Origin: Balamuthia mandrillaris
Lineage: Eukaryota
DNA length: 64,000 nucleotides
NCBI GenBank assembly: GCA_031835245.2
Contig: JAVKOQ020000012.1
Coordinates: 186,001-250,000, forward strand
Direction of reading: 5' to 3'
Below are positions 37,801 to 51,375 of this stretch, piece after piece. Each line of letters starts with the position of its first letter. Position 1 is the first letter of the stretch. A program made the position numbers and the translations under genes. The notes beneath the pieces were generated by a model. That model worked only from the letters and a program-made list of their open reading frames with translations, did not search any database and was not told the DNA's origin.

Positions 37801-40800
37801 TTCAAACCATCCGATACAGAGAGAATGTACTTCTCGAAGCGATTAAGGAAGGGTAACGGCGTGTCTTTGAGGGTGGACATGGGCACATGCACTATCACCC
37901 AGAAGTTTGGATGGACCATGCAAGGCCGGGAGTAGGAGCCTATCGCCACGTTGGCGTAGTATTGGTACTCCGTCTTCTTGGCTTCCTGTTGTCCTTCTTC
38001 TGTTTCCTCCTCGTTGAAGTATAGTCCCCTTCCTCTGCTCTCCTTCTGCTTTTGTTTAGGTGAGGTAGCAGTATCAGAAGAGTGGGCTTGACTCTCGCTC
38101 CTCAAAACGGTGAAGTGGCGGTTGAAGACATCGTAAAAGCAGCTGTAAATGGAGGCTGCATTGACCAACACCACCGTCCTTCCCTCCGACATGGCCGTCT
38201 TCACCTTCAAAATCGCGTTCATCCGCGCAAACTCGTTGTTATCCTCCGCAAAGTCTCCCATGTGACAAAACTCCACTTCGTCCGCTTTGCATATCCCCAT
38301 CCACAACAACAGCGACAACGAAGCTCCACTGTCCGTTGGATCCAACACCATAGTGTAGCGGAATGCCGCTGTATTGGGGTTTTCTCCCTTTTCCAGTCGT
38401 TCCCCAAGGCTCTGCTCTAACAGAGGAATACATGACTGCCATTCTATGTCTGAAGGAAACGCCCAAGCTAGGTCGCCATGGGTTTGCAAGGCTTTGTTGA
38501 CCTCGTGGAACCACATGCGAATCAGCCGACGATGAGACTCCCCGTCGATGCCGTTGAAGTTGCGTTGAAGTCCCATTAACAAGGCTTCTCTGGTCAGTTG
38601 GAAGTCTTCCCCTTGGCTTGTGCAATGCTTTCGCAGGAAACGCAGCAGGTACACAAAGTCTCGCAGGTGGAACAGGTTTGGGCAGGTCTTCTCAGCAAAC
38701 TCATTGCTCCTCTCGAACGCCTTGCACAGTGCATCCAGAATGGAGGCATTCAACGGAGATAACCCATCTTCCTGTGAACCTCCTTTTCTCCTTACCCTCC
38801 CGTTTCTTCCTCCATGAGAGCCACACACACATCCTGCGGCGAGGGCTCTCAGGTCGTTGTGCGAAGGAGCTGATTGGAAGAGCTGCAATGCTCGATTGGT
38901 CTTTGCCGCGTCCAGAGGTTTGTTGGCCAGAATGACGGTGGGAACCTTGGCGTGGTCCATGTGATAGTGGATGACCTTCATGGAACTGCTGTTCTCCGGC
39001 AGGTTGCCCTCGTCCAGAAGGACGGTGCTACGCACGGAACATTGCTCGGGATCTTGGTCTCCTTCGAAGGTCCTTTGTCTGCTGATAGCCGACTGGTAGA
39101 TGGCCTCTATCTCCGTGTCAGTTGAATGACGAGAGCACTGGTAACGGAACGGGTAGAGGTGATGAAGCTTTCTGTAGAGCCCACGATCGGATTGCTTGCC
39201 TTTCATGTTGTCCACCGCGATAGTGAAGCTCAACGTCTTGGAGCAACCAGGAGGCCCCACAATGATCAGCGGGATCTTGGCATCGATGCAGATGACCGTG
39301 CACCACAAGTTTTCCAGCAGAGCATCCGTTCTGGCAATGCCCGCTGGGATGTTGGTCTTCTCGTACAAATGCTTCATGCAGTCCATGATGGTTTGGCGGT
39401 AGTTCCACCATTCTGCTGGACAGCCCGATTGCTTCAAAAGGGTTCCCATTTGCTCCTCAAAGTCTTGTCTGCTGAACGCCGCAGCGGATGATGATGATCC
39501 TCCTTCTTTCTCTTTCTCCTTCAACAAAGCCTCTGCTGGTGTGAGCAAACGAAAGTAGTAGCTCATGGTGATAGACATGATCAACGCCAACCAGTGCAAG
39601 TTCTCGGGTGAAAGAGTCTCTTTGCGCAGCACGAATGGACGGTAGGTGAAGTACTTGTAGAGCTGAACCACTCGCATGATGTCTCGAATGCTGACATGAA
39701 CGCGATGAATGTTGGCTCTTCGCACAAACTCCTGCCCAAACAAGATAAACCTTTGCAGGGCAAGACGCACTTCCTCGCTGCCAATGTCATAGCGCACATC
39801 CATCAAGACACGAACGAAGTTGTGTTCCTGTGGTGCGTCCATCGCTCGGAAATCCAACAAAAGCTCTTCCATTGAACGAGGAGGAGGTCGCACCGCGAAT
39901 ACCTCATCGCTCTCCTCGCTCGTTGCTAGCCCAGTGAAGTCCACATGTGTTGTTGCTTCTTCTTGCAAGATTGGAACGAAAGGATTCATCGCAGCCACCC
40001 AAAAGATGTTGCTTGGCAAAACCTCTCCATCCAAGGAATGGTCCACGAAGATCTCTTTGAGGACTCCCATAATGTTGGTAGCGTTGAACTCATCCACAAA
40101 CACCACCACTGTCGCTCCTCCGCCGCCTTCCATCATACGAGTGCAGTCCTCTAGTTGGTTGGCGGTTTGGAAGATGGGTTGCAGCTCCGCATGGAGCCTT
40201 TCTTGGGTGTACTTCTGGTGCATGGTAATGCGATGGAAGAGATTGACAAAGCGGGCGTTGACTAACTCTTCTGCAAGTTGTTTGACTTGGTCCACATTCT
40301 TCACTGTGGTTCGCCATTCTCCTTCCACGCCTCCGCCCACAGCAGGAACCGTGGCTCCATCGCTCGAACCTGCTCCTGCTCCGCTGGAAGGAGAAGAGGA
40401 AGAAGGCGATGATGACGATGGTGGATGAGGTTGTGAGCGTTCCACCCGAGCCAGTAGATGTGTCCGCTTGATGAGAGAATAATTGGCCAAAAGGGCTCGA
40501 ATGCGAGCTTCCAACCTACCGGCCATCAACTCCATGCTGCTAGTCGCCGTTGCCACAGCCACACCTTCGGCTTCATCTTTCTCTTGTTCTTCTGCCAAGG
40601 CACGGGCATCATCCTCAGCTTGAGCCAACTCACATAGAGCATCCAATGCTGCCAACAGCTGATGGCTTCTTGGATGGGAGCCACATTCCTTCAACGCCGC
40701 CAATCTATCATCTCTGTCGACTTTGGGTGCTGACTGGCGAGCAATTTCTTCCATAAGGAAGGTTCTCATCTCGAAGAGCAAATCAGGCACCAACTGGGAG

Positions 40801-43800
40801 TCAGAGTTGACGATAACGGAATAGAGGTTCAGCATTTCCGTCTTGCCCACGCCGGTGTCGCCAGACAGCACAACGTTCATCCGGATGCGTCGCTTCTCGT
40901 TTAAAATGAGCAGCTTCACCGCAAAGTCTGGCGTCAAGACATATCCCTGTTGCTCTACGATCCTCCACATCTTGTCCGTTCGCGTCAAGCCTAATCCATG
41001 AGCGATCTTCACTCTCAATTGCTCCGGAAAGGCGAAAGCATCCGCTAAGCTGAGTACACTTGTTTTGGGCACCGATATTGGCGTATCCCTACCTCCTTCC
41101 AATGGCCGCAAATCCAACACGTCGATATCTGCCCAGTGACCATCGAAAGAGCGAGAGGTAAGAACGGGAGGGTTGACAGAGATATTCTCTCGCAGCTGTC
41201 TCTCACACAGCCTTCCGCACTCTGCCAAGAACAACTCCAACAAACAATCGATAGGAGTGCTCTCCACGTCAACCTGTTGTTTAACCAAGCTCTGTAGGCT
41301 TTGCACCCGTTCTTTCATCCAACGGCATCTGTCCGCCAAAAGCTTCAGAAAGCTTCTTTGGTGAAGAGGTAAGGCCGGCAAGTCTATTCCATACTTGGTA
41401 CGCAGAAAATCAAATATGGCGTTCAGATCTTCCTCTCTTACTGCCGTTCCAGCCTCTGCTGCGGCATAGGCTTGCAGAACGTTATCGTACATTGTCAAAA
41501 CCTTCACGTTTCTTCCAAACTTTCCGTTGTAATATGACGCGAAGAAGCTATGTGCTAAGCGAACGTCTGCATCTATGTCAAGCGTTGGGCTTCCTTCTCG
41601 TTGTGGTTGTTGTGGCATAGAGAAGAAAGTCTCGGCAGCATGATTCACTGCAGGCAACTGAGAAAGCACTTTCTGCAAAGAAGAAGCGTGAACAAAGTGC
41701 TTGTCGTGATCAGGAGCAGCTGCCAATTCCACAAAGATATGCCATTGATCACCGGCGTGGATCTTTTCCATGTCTCCAGTGGACTCGTCCCATAACATTC
41801 CCCAAAAGATGAACAACTCCAAAAAGCGACCAACCACTGCCAAAGGCGCGTATGCTGACATGTTTAAGTGCACTCCAATCGTCCGTACCGAAGAAGATGT
41901 CGATGAAGAAGAAGCGAGGTTGCGATACATAGCGATGAACTTGGAAGGAACAAAGCTTTCCGTGATGCTCACTGTCATCCAATGATCTAGACTTTCTTCT
42001 CCCTGGTGTTGCAACTCTTCTCGTCGTTTACGAATGAGGTGAGACTTGCCTGAACATGGAGGCCACATGTGACATTCCAAAGATCGCAACTTCATCCGTT
42101 GCCTCACCATCCTAGGAAGCAACAGCCTATGATTCTGCCTCAGATCCACTTCCGAGATGACTCGGCTTGCATCGTAGCTCTCCTTCTCCAAGAAGGAGAA
42201 CACCTCCACGCCAATCTTCTGCAAGAATATCAGACGAACCAACCCTCCTCCTCTTCCCTCGCTCTCCTTTGGCTCCGCGAATGGATCGTCGTCGTTGTGG
42301 TGATCCACAGCACATTGATGAGATGCCCACTTAATGAGCGCCTCTCTTCCTCTGATTGACAAAGCATCCACCCCCACCAAAAAGAACTCCGCCGAAGGAA
42401 AGGCTTGAACACAGCGCAGAAAGCGATGAAGCTCGTTCAAGTCCAAATTATCTTTGCAGTATAGCACTTGAGCGGGATGGATTGGGGTTGTAGTCAATGT
42501 GATGAACAGACGAAACATCTCCCATCCGTCCATTTCGTATGCCGTTACTACCACTGGCGGCTTTCCATTTACTTCCTCTTCATCATCACTTTCGCCTACT
42601 CTAATTTCTTCTTCTAATTGGCTGAGAGCGCGTCCTGCAATATCTAATCGTTCTCCCGCTGTCACTGATGCCTTGCTATCTTCCAAAGTGCTAAGCACTC
42701 CCCTTACCTCCTCCGTGATTGTGGTCCGCACTGCCTCTCGCCATCTCTTCTCTGCATCTTCGTCTTCCCACCGCAGTACATCAGGGAAACAGGCCCAGAA
42801 AAACGGCGATAGCAAATCTACTGCTTTTGTTGCTTTGCTGTTTTTCTCGTTAGCGCCCTGTACATGTTCCAAAGACTTGAGACTAGCCATCATGCGGGAC
42901 ATCTGCCTCTGATCCAACCATAACAAACGAGGGTAGTTATTGTAGGCACGTTCCAGCTGTCTCGTCCAAAGTTCTAACTTCTCTTCAAGCTCTTGGGTCA
43001 TTCTTTGGTAAGCATTGGCGGACAAGTCCTGATCTCCTTGGTTCAACCTGTCGTCAGCGCCTTGAAAGTCAGGATGCCCCTTTGCCTCCAGCTGCAACCT
43101 CAGCTTGTGGGCTTGGTCGGCCAAGCGGAAGATCTCTACAAATTCGTTGAGCTGTCTCAGTCGCTCCTCGTCCACGATGGAGCTCTGATTGACAAACACC
43201 GCGATTCCTCGGATGAGGTCCTGCAGATGGGAAAACGGAATCTTGTGTTCCACTTTCTTCTGCTGTATGCCTCTTCCTTGTTGCGATTGTGTGCCTCCTT
43301 CAGTGAAGCACAAGCAAAAGTCATCTCCACTCGGATGCAATGCCAAACGACTTTGATAGTATCCCGTTGCGAACAGTCGCGCAATGTATGCAAGGGCCGT
43401 GTCTAGAGTCAATCCGCTGGTGCGAGCGAACCACACCCTCACTTGCGGTAGATGCTCCAACAACTTTCTCACCTCGTCTAACTGGCTGTCCACTGCCGAG
43501 CCCAACCGCTCCTTCACTTCTTTGCAAAATTGGGTCAGGTTCTCCTTTCCTCTCTCTCGACGACTCGCCGCCGTCCTCAGAAGGTCCACCAATGGGGAAA
43601 ACAGCCGATGAGCCGCTAGCAAGCTGTTCAGCACTCCCAAACCAAACTCATAACCTTGAAGATCACCGCTCAAAAAGTTGATGCTCTGCTCAAAGTCTTG
43701 TTGCTGACTCAGGAAGGCCACTAACTCCTCTACGTCCGTCGCTGCCTTGAAGTAATCCAGCTGTTTTGGATCCAACTCTGCCAGGGCTGCGCGTATCGGC

Positions 43801-46800
43801 CGAAGCAAGCCAGGAACTTGGGAGAGTAATACTTGATCTTTGTGTTCCTGCAGCAGTGGTTCCGCTGTCCTTTGGAGTAGTTGGATGTGAGCAAGGCACA
43901 GCTGATGTTTTTGCATGAAGTCAAAGAGAAAAGGAAGATGGTCGGCGTAGTCAAGCAGATTGAGGGCATCGGAGAGCCGGTTGACGAGCTGGGCTGAATC
44001 TTCAGTCGTGTAGGACGCCGAAAGGTTGAAGAAAGCAGCGCTGGAAACATAAGTTTGCTTTAAATGAGAGACGAGAAAATAGAAGAGAGCTGAGAAAGTT
44101 AAACGCACGCGATGTTGAGTTCATCAGAGAGATCTCTTTTTTGCTTGCTGAGCAAGTAGACAGGTTCTATTGCTCCTAAATTCTGTTCATCCAACTTGGT
44201 AAGTTTTTCCAGAAATTTGGCTGTTTCGGCTATCATCTCTGATGCGTGGCCCGCTTCTAATGGCTTTTATAAAACGGTAAATGGATGTGCTTCAAGAGGA
44301 AACAGAGAGATAAGAACGAAAAGCTTGAAATAATACCTTTCCGTCAAGTTTCTTCATGATGTGCATCTCGCTGATCCGAAAAATAGCGCTCCGTTTGGTC
44401 AAGAACAATGCAAGAGTGGCTACGTCTTTCTCTTCTAACCCAAACTCTTCTAATTGTTCCACTGCATCCTGAACCGCCGTCTCCCAATCAGCCAACGTCG
44501 CTTTCTCAAAATTCGGTTCCTGCACTTCCTCCACATCTTTCACTCGCTTGGAACGTAGCCAACGAGCCAGATGAGAACATTCGTCCAATCGTGTCCGCAG
44601 AGAGGACCAGTCTTCTTTGAACTGGCGCACTTCCTCTGCGATTTCTTCGGACAGAAGCTCCCATTTGACATAAAGGTTGAGACTGGGTAGGATAGCTTGC
44701 AACTGCTTCGATGTAATTAGCTTTAGTGTCAGGTGTTCATCAATGTATCGTTGAATCGGTGCCTTCAGCTGTTAATTTGATTTGAAAAGGAACCAAAGAA
44801 AACATCACAGAAAAAGAAGAACACGAAGAAAGGTCTTAGGGTTATATCAACAGAAATAATAGACAGATGTGATGGATAAGCTACCTCAAAAAACGCTTCT
44901 GAATATAGAACAAGAAACTTCACGTTAGCCTCAGGCTGATCCTCCTCAATCTGCAAACAAACTGCAGTGGAGGGAGGGAGAGCATAATGACAGTCAGGTA
45001 ACAACTGTTTTATCTGATGACACACCGAAATCCAGCACAGCAGCGAGACACACGTCTTGGCGGCGGTTGGTTTCCCCACTTCAGACATGAAGCTTCGAAT
45101 CAATTCGTTGATGACTTGTGGAGCATTGGCGAACCGAGACTTGAGGGTGGTAAGCTTCTTTTCTACTGCGACATCAGCTACAGCTTTGGCCAGCAGCTCG
45201 TACAGCCCAGGAAGAGAGGTAGAATCTCCGAGGTGGTGTTCTCTTATGTAGTTACTTTCCAGACGAGAAAGTTGATCAACGCAATCTTTCAAATCGATGG
45301 ATGGGAAGCTCTGATATGAATGTTTTTGGTTACGTAGGGTGCCTGATTAGTTATAATCATCGACGACGTACAAGAGCAACGCGGCGGGGAAGTACCTTGA
45401 AAGCTTTTCGTATCAATTGTAGGCATTGCTCGTCATCTGGAGAGAATTGACAGGCATAGGTGCGGCACGAGCCACTCATCAGTAGCGTAAACGGTGAGAG
45501 CAGAGTATCCTTATTGTAGGAATGGTATCGAGACCTTTGACGAGCTTGTCCCTGTGCATCAATGATGGTGATGAAAGGTTCAAGCGCCATTTTTAGGTCC
45601 TTGTTTGTGTCATCATTGGAGATGATAAAAAACTTTTCCAACAAGTTGGCTCTGTCTTTGTCTAAGCTGCTTCCGCGAATGCAACTTATCAACAAGGATC
45701 TGAAGAACTTCTGTCTGCTCGCTATTGCTGGCAACCTGGCTCACATTTGTTTAAGAACGAATAAGTGCACAAGAAGAGCTACACTCAAACCAAAATTATA
45801 CCTGCAATAATTGGCGGCATTTAGATTGCGTAAGTGGCTACAAGCCACCGCCAAGCTACCTATCGCCGCATCTAGGTCTTTATTTGAAGTGTTGGCTTCA
45901 AACTGGCTAAACATGGCTTTCAGGGCAGCCTCTCCAACGTCCGGGGCCACGCGCTCCATAAAATACTCCAAGAATCCTTGTAGAAAGGCAGTACGCCACT
46001 TATAGTAGCATTGCAAGGTGGCCACCATGGCCGCCCACCTGCAAGCCTCTGGGGCTCGGTCGCCCGTTCCCCAGTGCGCCAGTTTGGAGACAGCCCGACC
46101 TGTTATCATAACATTGTTAATTTTATGTCAAGTAACAACAAAAAACCAGAGACAACCATGTATAGCAGCAGAAAGCTTGCGTAAATCTTCGTCCGATAAG
46201 TCCACCGATTGATGTAGAAACTGCCGAATGGCTACCTGCACTTCATCTGCCCAATCCTATATTGCAGATGTAAAAAACAACAGAAAATAAGAGATCGAAT
46301 AAAGAAGAACAACATTCCTGGACGATGTAAGCGTACTCACCAGTAGTTTGATAGTGGAAATCAAAACACTCAACAGCAACTGCAAGCCATCCCGTAAACG
46401 AGTGACGCCCATCAACGTGGCCTTGTAGTTACCTCGCTCAACTAGCAATCTCGTCAGACGAACCTCCCTCGTAGCGCCATATTTGTTTATCAACAAAGGC
46501 CAGAAGGAGCACCACTGATCCGTGCAGTTCCTCCGTAGCTGATACTCCTGAGAGGAGGCTGAGCGAACTGCCATCACGGCCAAGTATATGACTATCATGT
46601 CCACCTCGAATGCGAGCAGCTGGTCTACATCGACGTTATAACCTTGTTCAAAATGAACAGGAGCCAACACTCGTAAAGCGTCACTGGCGCAGAGAGAATG
46701 ATGTATCTCTGCGAAGCAACGTTGGTTCGTTCGGTACAGCGTCGAGAGTAGTTTGACGCAGTCATTGTCGCTCTCTTGGAAAAGAGTGTGGAGCTTGCTC

Positions 46801-46921
46801 ATACATGCCTGCTCAAACAGTTGCTTTGCAGTCGTGACAACATAGTGGTAGTGTTTGTGTCTAGTGTGCTTGTTTCAGTTAAAGTGGAAGAAAGTGAATG
46901 CTCTGCTCATGTCAAGTGATG

Positions 46922-46962
<41 letters not shown>

Positions 46963-47609
46963 CGAGAGAGGGAAGAGAGTGGTAACAAACCTTTTAAACA
47001 CGCAGTAACACCATAATACAAGAAGCAGGTCGTTGGTGCTGGCGACCCACTCTAAAAGTACTTGCGCTAGTTCCTCCGTGCTACGTTGCGAGGGAGAAGA
47101 AACGTCCTCAAACCTTTTGAACGCAACATGAAGCTTCTGAAAGGTTTCAGCATGAGTGTTGGTAGTAGCAGTAGAGGCCGTCGTCAAAAAGGTTCGCAGC
47201 GGTGCTACGTCGTAGTCTACGTTTGTTCCAAAGAGGTAGGTCGCCGCCAAGCCTTTTGCTCTGCTCAAAAAGCCCTCTTTGTTGCTTTCTTTGTGTGCGA
47301 TCTCTTCGTGAGTAACCTCTGAGGAGGAGAAGGCACCGTCACGCTGTGGTTCCTCGGTTGACAGAGCTGAAGCGGGTGGTGCTTCCACGTCCACAACAAC
47401 CGACTGGGGGTCGATCGTGTCTCTCTCTACAAAAGCGTTGTGTGCGGTGGAAAGTTGCAGTACAAGCAAGGAGAAAAGAAGGAAGACGAGCAAAGGTTAC
47501 CTTTCTCAGCAGGGTCCCATGGATCTTTCTTTTGTTGCTTTTTCTCCTTCTTCTTGTCTTTCTTGTTTTCTTTCTTGCCCTTCTTGTCGTGCTTCCTACG
47601 TCGCTCCAT
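28872..47609 (-). CDS. Giant RNF213/mysterin-like multi-AAA+ ATPase fused to a C-terminal USP deubiquitinase domain and SAM domain (roughly 5,500-6,000 aa, estimated)
   Basis: RNF213-like motifs: GYVLTPDFAVKLLIL, LSGDTGVGKT, VVFVDEFN, IVGPPGCSKT, VLLDEGNL, LDAAKTNR, HLRDFVYL, LQRNFNG, YDVFNRHF, CMVHPNF, PLPFLNRFEK. USP: GLVNLGNTCWLNAVLQCL, MHDSHEFL, LPEIVIIHLRRY, HSGNLETGHNYA, WYLFDDEYV, AYLLFY. Terminal SAM. In-frame GT-AG intron 32108-32000; 5' exons traced to ATG 47609 (less certain). Confidence 0.85.
29535..29670. repeat. (GTTT)n microsatellite inside the USP-domain intron
   Basis: About 34 perfect units. Confidence 0.95.
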
Positions 47610-47903
47610 AGCAGCTGCGAAGGTCCAATGAAAGACTTCGCAGTCTTCTCTTTGTTATGCCCCAGGGAGCAATCCACCCTTTTGTTTTTCGCTTTTACTC
47701 AATACAAAAAATTCAAAAATGGGTGGGGCATGCTACACGATAGGAACTAATTCAATTCATTAAAGTCCAGCCAGGGCTCTTCCTTACCGTGGACAGAATT
47801 TGTACGCCACCGATGCAAATAAAAAGCCACCGAAGCGTTACCCATTCACCCTGAAGTCGGAATCTGTAATGTGTTGGCCATGTGGTTTCAACTTGGCTTA
47901 AAA

Positions 47904-48192
47904 TCAGCGCAGTGCACTCTGAAAGAAAGGGTAATGAAGGGCCTGCCAAAGTTGCGCTGCCTTAGAATGTTCCTCAAATCGAACATGTGGAAGAAGGCGA
48001 GGGCGTACCTCGGTAGCAGAAGGCCTTTTATTTGGGTTATACTGGAGTAGGTCGTGCAGCAGTTGAAGCGCTTCAAGAGAGGCTTGTGGAAGTGCGTCTG
48101 CCAATTTTTCCATTACAGGCCTGTGATCTACCCCTCCCTTGCAACAAGAAAAACTTAATTATTGAATTGCAGGGAGATGATAGGCTGTGCAG

Positions 48193-48233
<41 letters not shown>

Positions 48234-49318
48234 TAACAGGAAGAATGGCCGCAAACCGGAGACCATCAGGCCAGACGTCCTCCGTAGGAGGCCCTAAAAA
48301 GCGCGCTATCTGTCTCAGCTGATCAATTTCGTTCTCTCCTGCAAACAGTGGCGCCAAGCCATACTTCGAAGTGGGCAGTGAATTAGTGGCATTCTTGGGC
48401 ACACGAATAAAAAACAAACCATTTCGGCCATTATAGTTCCAATCGCCTAACATCAGCAACAGAATTAGTCGCAAGTCCCAATAAATGATGCTTGCATTAC
48501 TTACCCACATATCGATGGCGGGGCCATAGACTCCATTCTTGAGGAGCACTTCTGGTGCTCGGTACCATCGGCTTGAAATGTATTCTGTGTAAGGCGGCCC
48601 GGTTACAACGCTTCGTGCTAATCCGCTGAGCAGCACCACATAGAGGGAAAAACAAAGAATAAGAAAACCGAATAAATTGCTAACAACAAGGACAATCGCA
48701 CAAGTCGCCAATTTTCAAAACCTCTCCGGTCACACTGCAGAGGAGGAAAAGGAATGTAAGTCCATAGCAGGCGAAACATGTCTGATGGCCATCTACGTAC
48801 AGCAGATTCTCTGGCTTCAGGTCCCTATGAAAGACGTCATGCTGGTGTAAGTGTGCCAATCCTGAAAGTGCTTGGTACCTGCGAATGGCGAGCATTTAGT
48901 GTTCACATCTGAGAGTGGGATTCGGAAGCGCCTACATCATGCTCCGAATAGTGGACTCGGGAAAGGGGCTCTGTGCTTCCGTTCTTCTAGTGATGACCTC
49001 GTGAAGGTTTTCTTGCATATACTTTCATGTAACGTGTTAGAAAAGAAAGTGAACCGAAACAAAAAATAGAGTTAACACCTCAAAAACCAGATAGAGTCGC
49101 TGCTCCTCCCTTATGACCTCCTTCAGCTTCACGATGTTCTTGTGGCGAAGGTACTTTAGTGCTTTGACCTCAGCCAACGCCACGCAGTCCCTCCACGTTT
49201 CGAACCTGCCTCTCATCTTCTTTATCGCCACCAGCTCGCCCGTTCTCAAGTGCCTGTACCGTCGCACCGTTCCATACGTGCCTTGCCCTAACTGTGCTTC
49301 CTTTTCATACTTATCCAT
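47904..49318 (-). CDS. MAK/ICK-like (RCK, CMGC) Ser/Thr kinase, catalytic domain only; multi-exon
   Basis: LGQGTYGTV, VAIKKM, HRDLKPENLL, DFG rebuilt across an intron, PPYTEYISSRWYRAPE, ALHYPFF. Confidence 0.9.
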
Positions 49319-49677
49319 GCTTCCCTCTTAGTTCTTCTTCTTCTTCTTCTTCTTCTTCTTCTTCTTCTTCTTCTTCTCCTCTTCCTTCTTCTTCCCTTTC
49401 AAAAAGTCTTACTATCCTGCTACCTTTTTTCGTAGTGCTGGTTGTTCTGCTACGTTTTTCCTATCCCCGATATTTGTGGTGCGTATGTGCGTGTGTCTCT
49501 GAGACAAGAAATGTAAACAGCAGGAGAATAAGAGAGAACAACCGGTGTCTATTCTACAATACAAAGTTGGTGAGTTCCTTGGTTCCTCGTCTTCTTCGTC
49601 TGCGTTGAGGTTTTCTTTTTGTTTTTTTACACAGCAACTCTTGAGCTTTTTTTTTTTCTTACCTTTGTTTGTCTGGT

Positions 49678-50508
49678 CTACTGGGCAGAGAGCCATCGTT
49701 TCACCTCGTCCAAGACTTGCTTGCCATCCGCGGAAGTGAGTCCCATTTTCACTCTGGCCTGGTACAAGTCTAGCTCCAACACCACTTCTTCCTCCTCTGC
49801 TTCTGTTCTGTTCGTCGTGGCATCCTCACGTTCTGCTATCCTCCTGGCAGAGCTCGGTGGAGAGGAAGCCGACGCGGAGGGAGAAGGAGCCACCATGAAG
49901 GCTGTCTTGTGCAACGGAACGACGCCGCCTTTCAACCGCATCGATAGGCAGATCTTTCCATGCTCCGCTCTGTCCAGTTCCAGCCACATTTCTTTCGCTT
50001 CTGCCTGCGGTGGTTCCTTGTTGCTTTCGTCGGGTTGCGAAGATGAAGAAGCAGGAGAAGAATGAGGTGAAGTCCTGCTTCGAGCTCTTCTTCGTCGTTG
50101 ACTTCCTTTTTCTTCCCCTTCATCTTCCTCATCTTTACTCTTGTTCTTATTGCCTCCTCCTCCAACTTTGCTCTTTCTAGCCTCCAGCTGCTTCTTTCTC
50201 TCCGCTTTGAGCGTTTGCTTGTAGGCCTCCACAAGAGAGGTCAGAGAGACCTGACAACAACCGAGAAAGTCATGCGAGCGCCAAACGTCCTCATCCCAAA
50301 GCTCCACGAAAAGAGTGGAATCGACGTCCTCGGAGAGGTCAAACGGGAAAGTGAAGCTCTCGTTCCATTCGGGGTCGAGGCTCTTCTTGACTACCTTGCT
50401 GTGTAGCTGGTACTCCTTGAACTTAACTTTGGCATATGGATCCGAATAGCCTGTTGATTAAAATGTTATCTAAGTATATTTGTACGAGAGAGAGAGAGAG
50501 AGAGAGAG

Positions 50509-50543
<35 letters not shown>

Positions 50544-51283
50544 ATGAACCGTTTCGATCCTGAGCAACTAGGTGGTTTGCTCGGTGCAGCTGTACTTCCA
50601 GAACAAGCGGATGCACTTTGGCGATGTTGGCGCAGCTGTTATTGTTGTTGATGGCAAAAGATTCCAACGTGGTCTCGATCTTCTCTAACCAAGCATCCGC
50701 CACCGCTTCGCTTTGCACCCAAAACTGCCATTGGAGGTTTAAGGCGCGAGCGTGGTGGCCCTTCCTTCCTCCTCCCTTTTCAAGAAAGAAGCCAAACTTG
50801 TTGTTCTCAGCGTCGACCAGTTTACCGCTTACAGTATCGTTGGTCCAATGGATGGAGTGGCAGTACTTTGCTTTCTTGTGAGCAAAGGGCGTGCTCAGGA
50901 TGCAGCAGTCGGAGAAGAGGAAGAGATGACGGGGTAGAGACTTTCCGCCTTTCACACGTGTCACCGTTGCCTCCACATCGTCCACGAATAGTCGGGTAGG
51001 GGCCACCAATTCCTGTAATGACTGCTGTTAGAAACGCAGAAAGAAGAAACAAGGGTTTGAAAAAGAAGAAAGAAAAAGTGTACAAAGGGAATTTGCTCAA
51101 CAGAGGACTGAATGGATCCCATTTTAGCCATGCAATCGCTACGTCTTTTGTTCTCATTAATGACGCTGTTTAGTTCAGTTGCGAGCTCCGAAGCTTGTTT
51201 GAGATGAGCATAGTCCACATGTTCTTCATGAGTAAATCGTAATAGCTCCTGTTTTTCATGTTCGAAGTTAGTACAAACAGAGA

Positions 51284-51331
<48 letters not shown>

Positions 51332-51340
51332 TAGAGAGAC

Positions 51341-51375
<35 letters not shown>

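Noticed and set aside
32151..43681. Many plus-strand ORFs opposite the giant gene
   Set aside because: Antisense shadows with no recognisable motifs.
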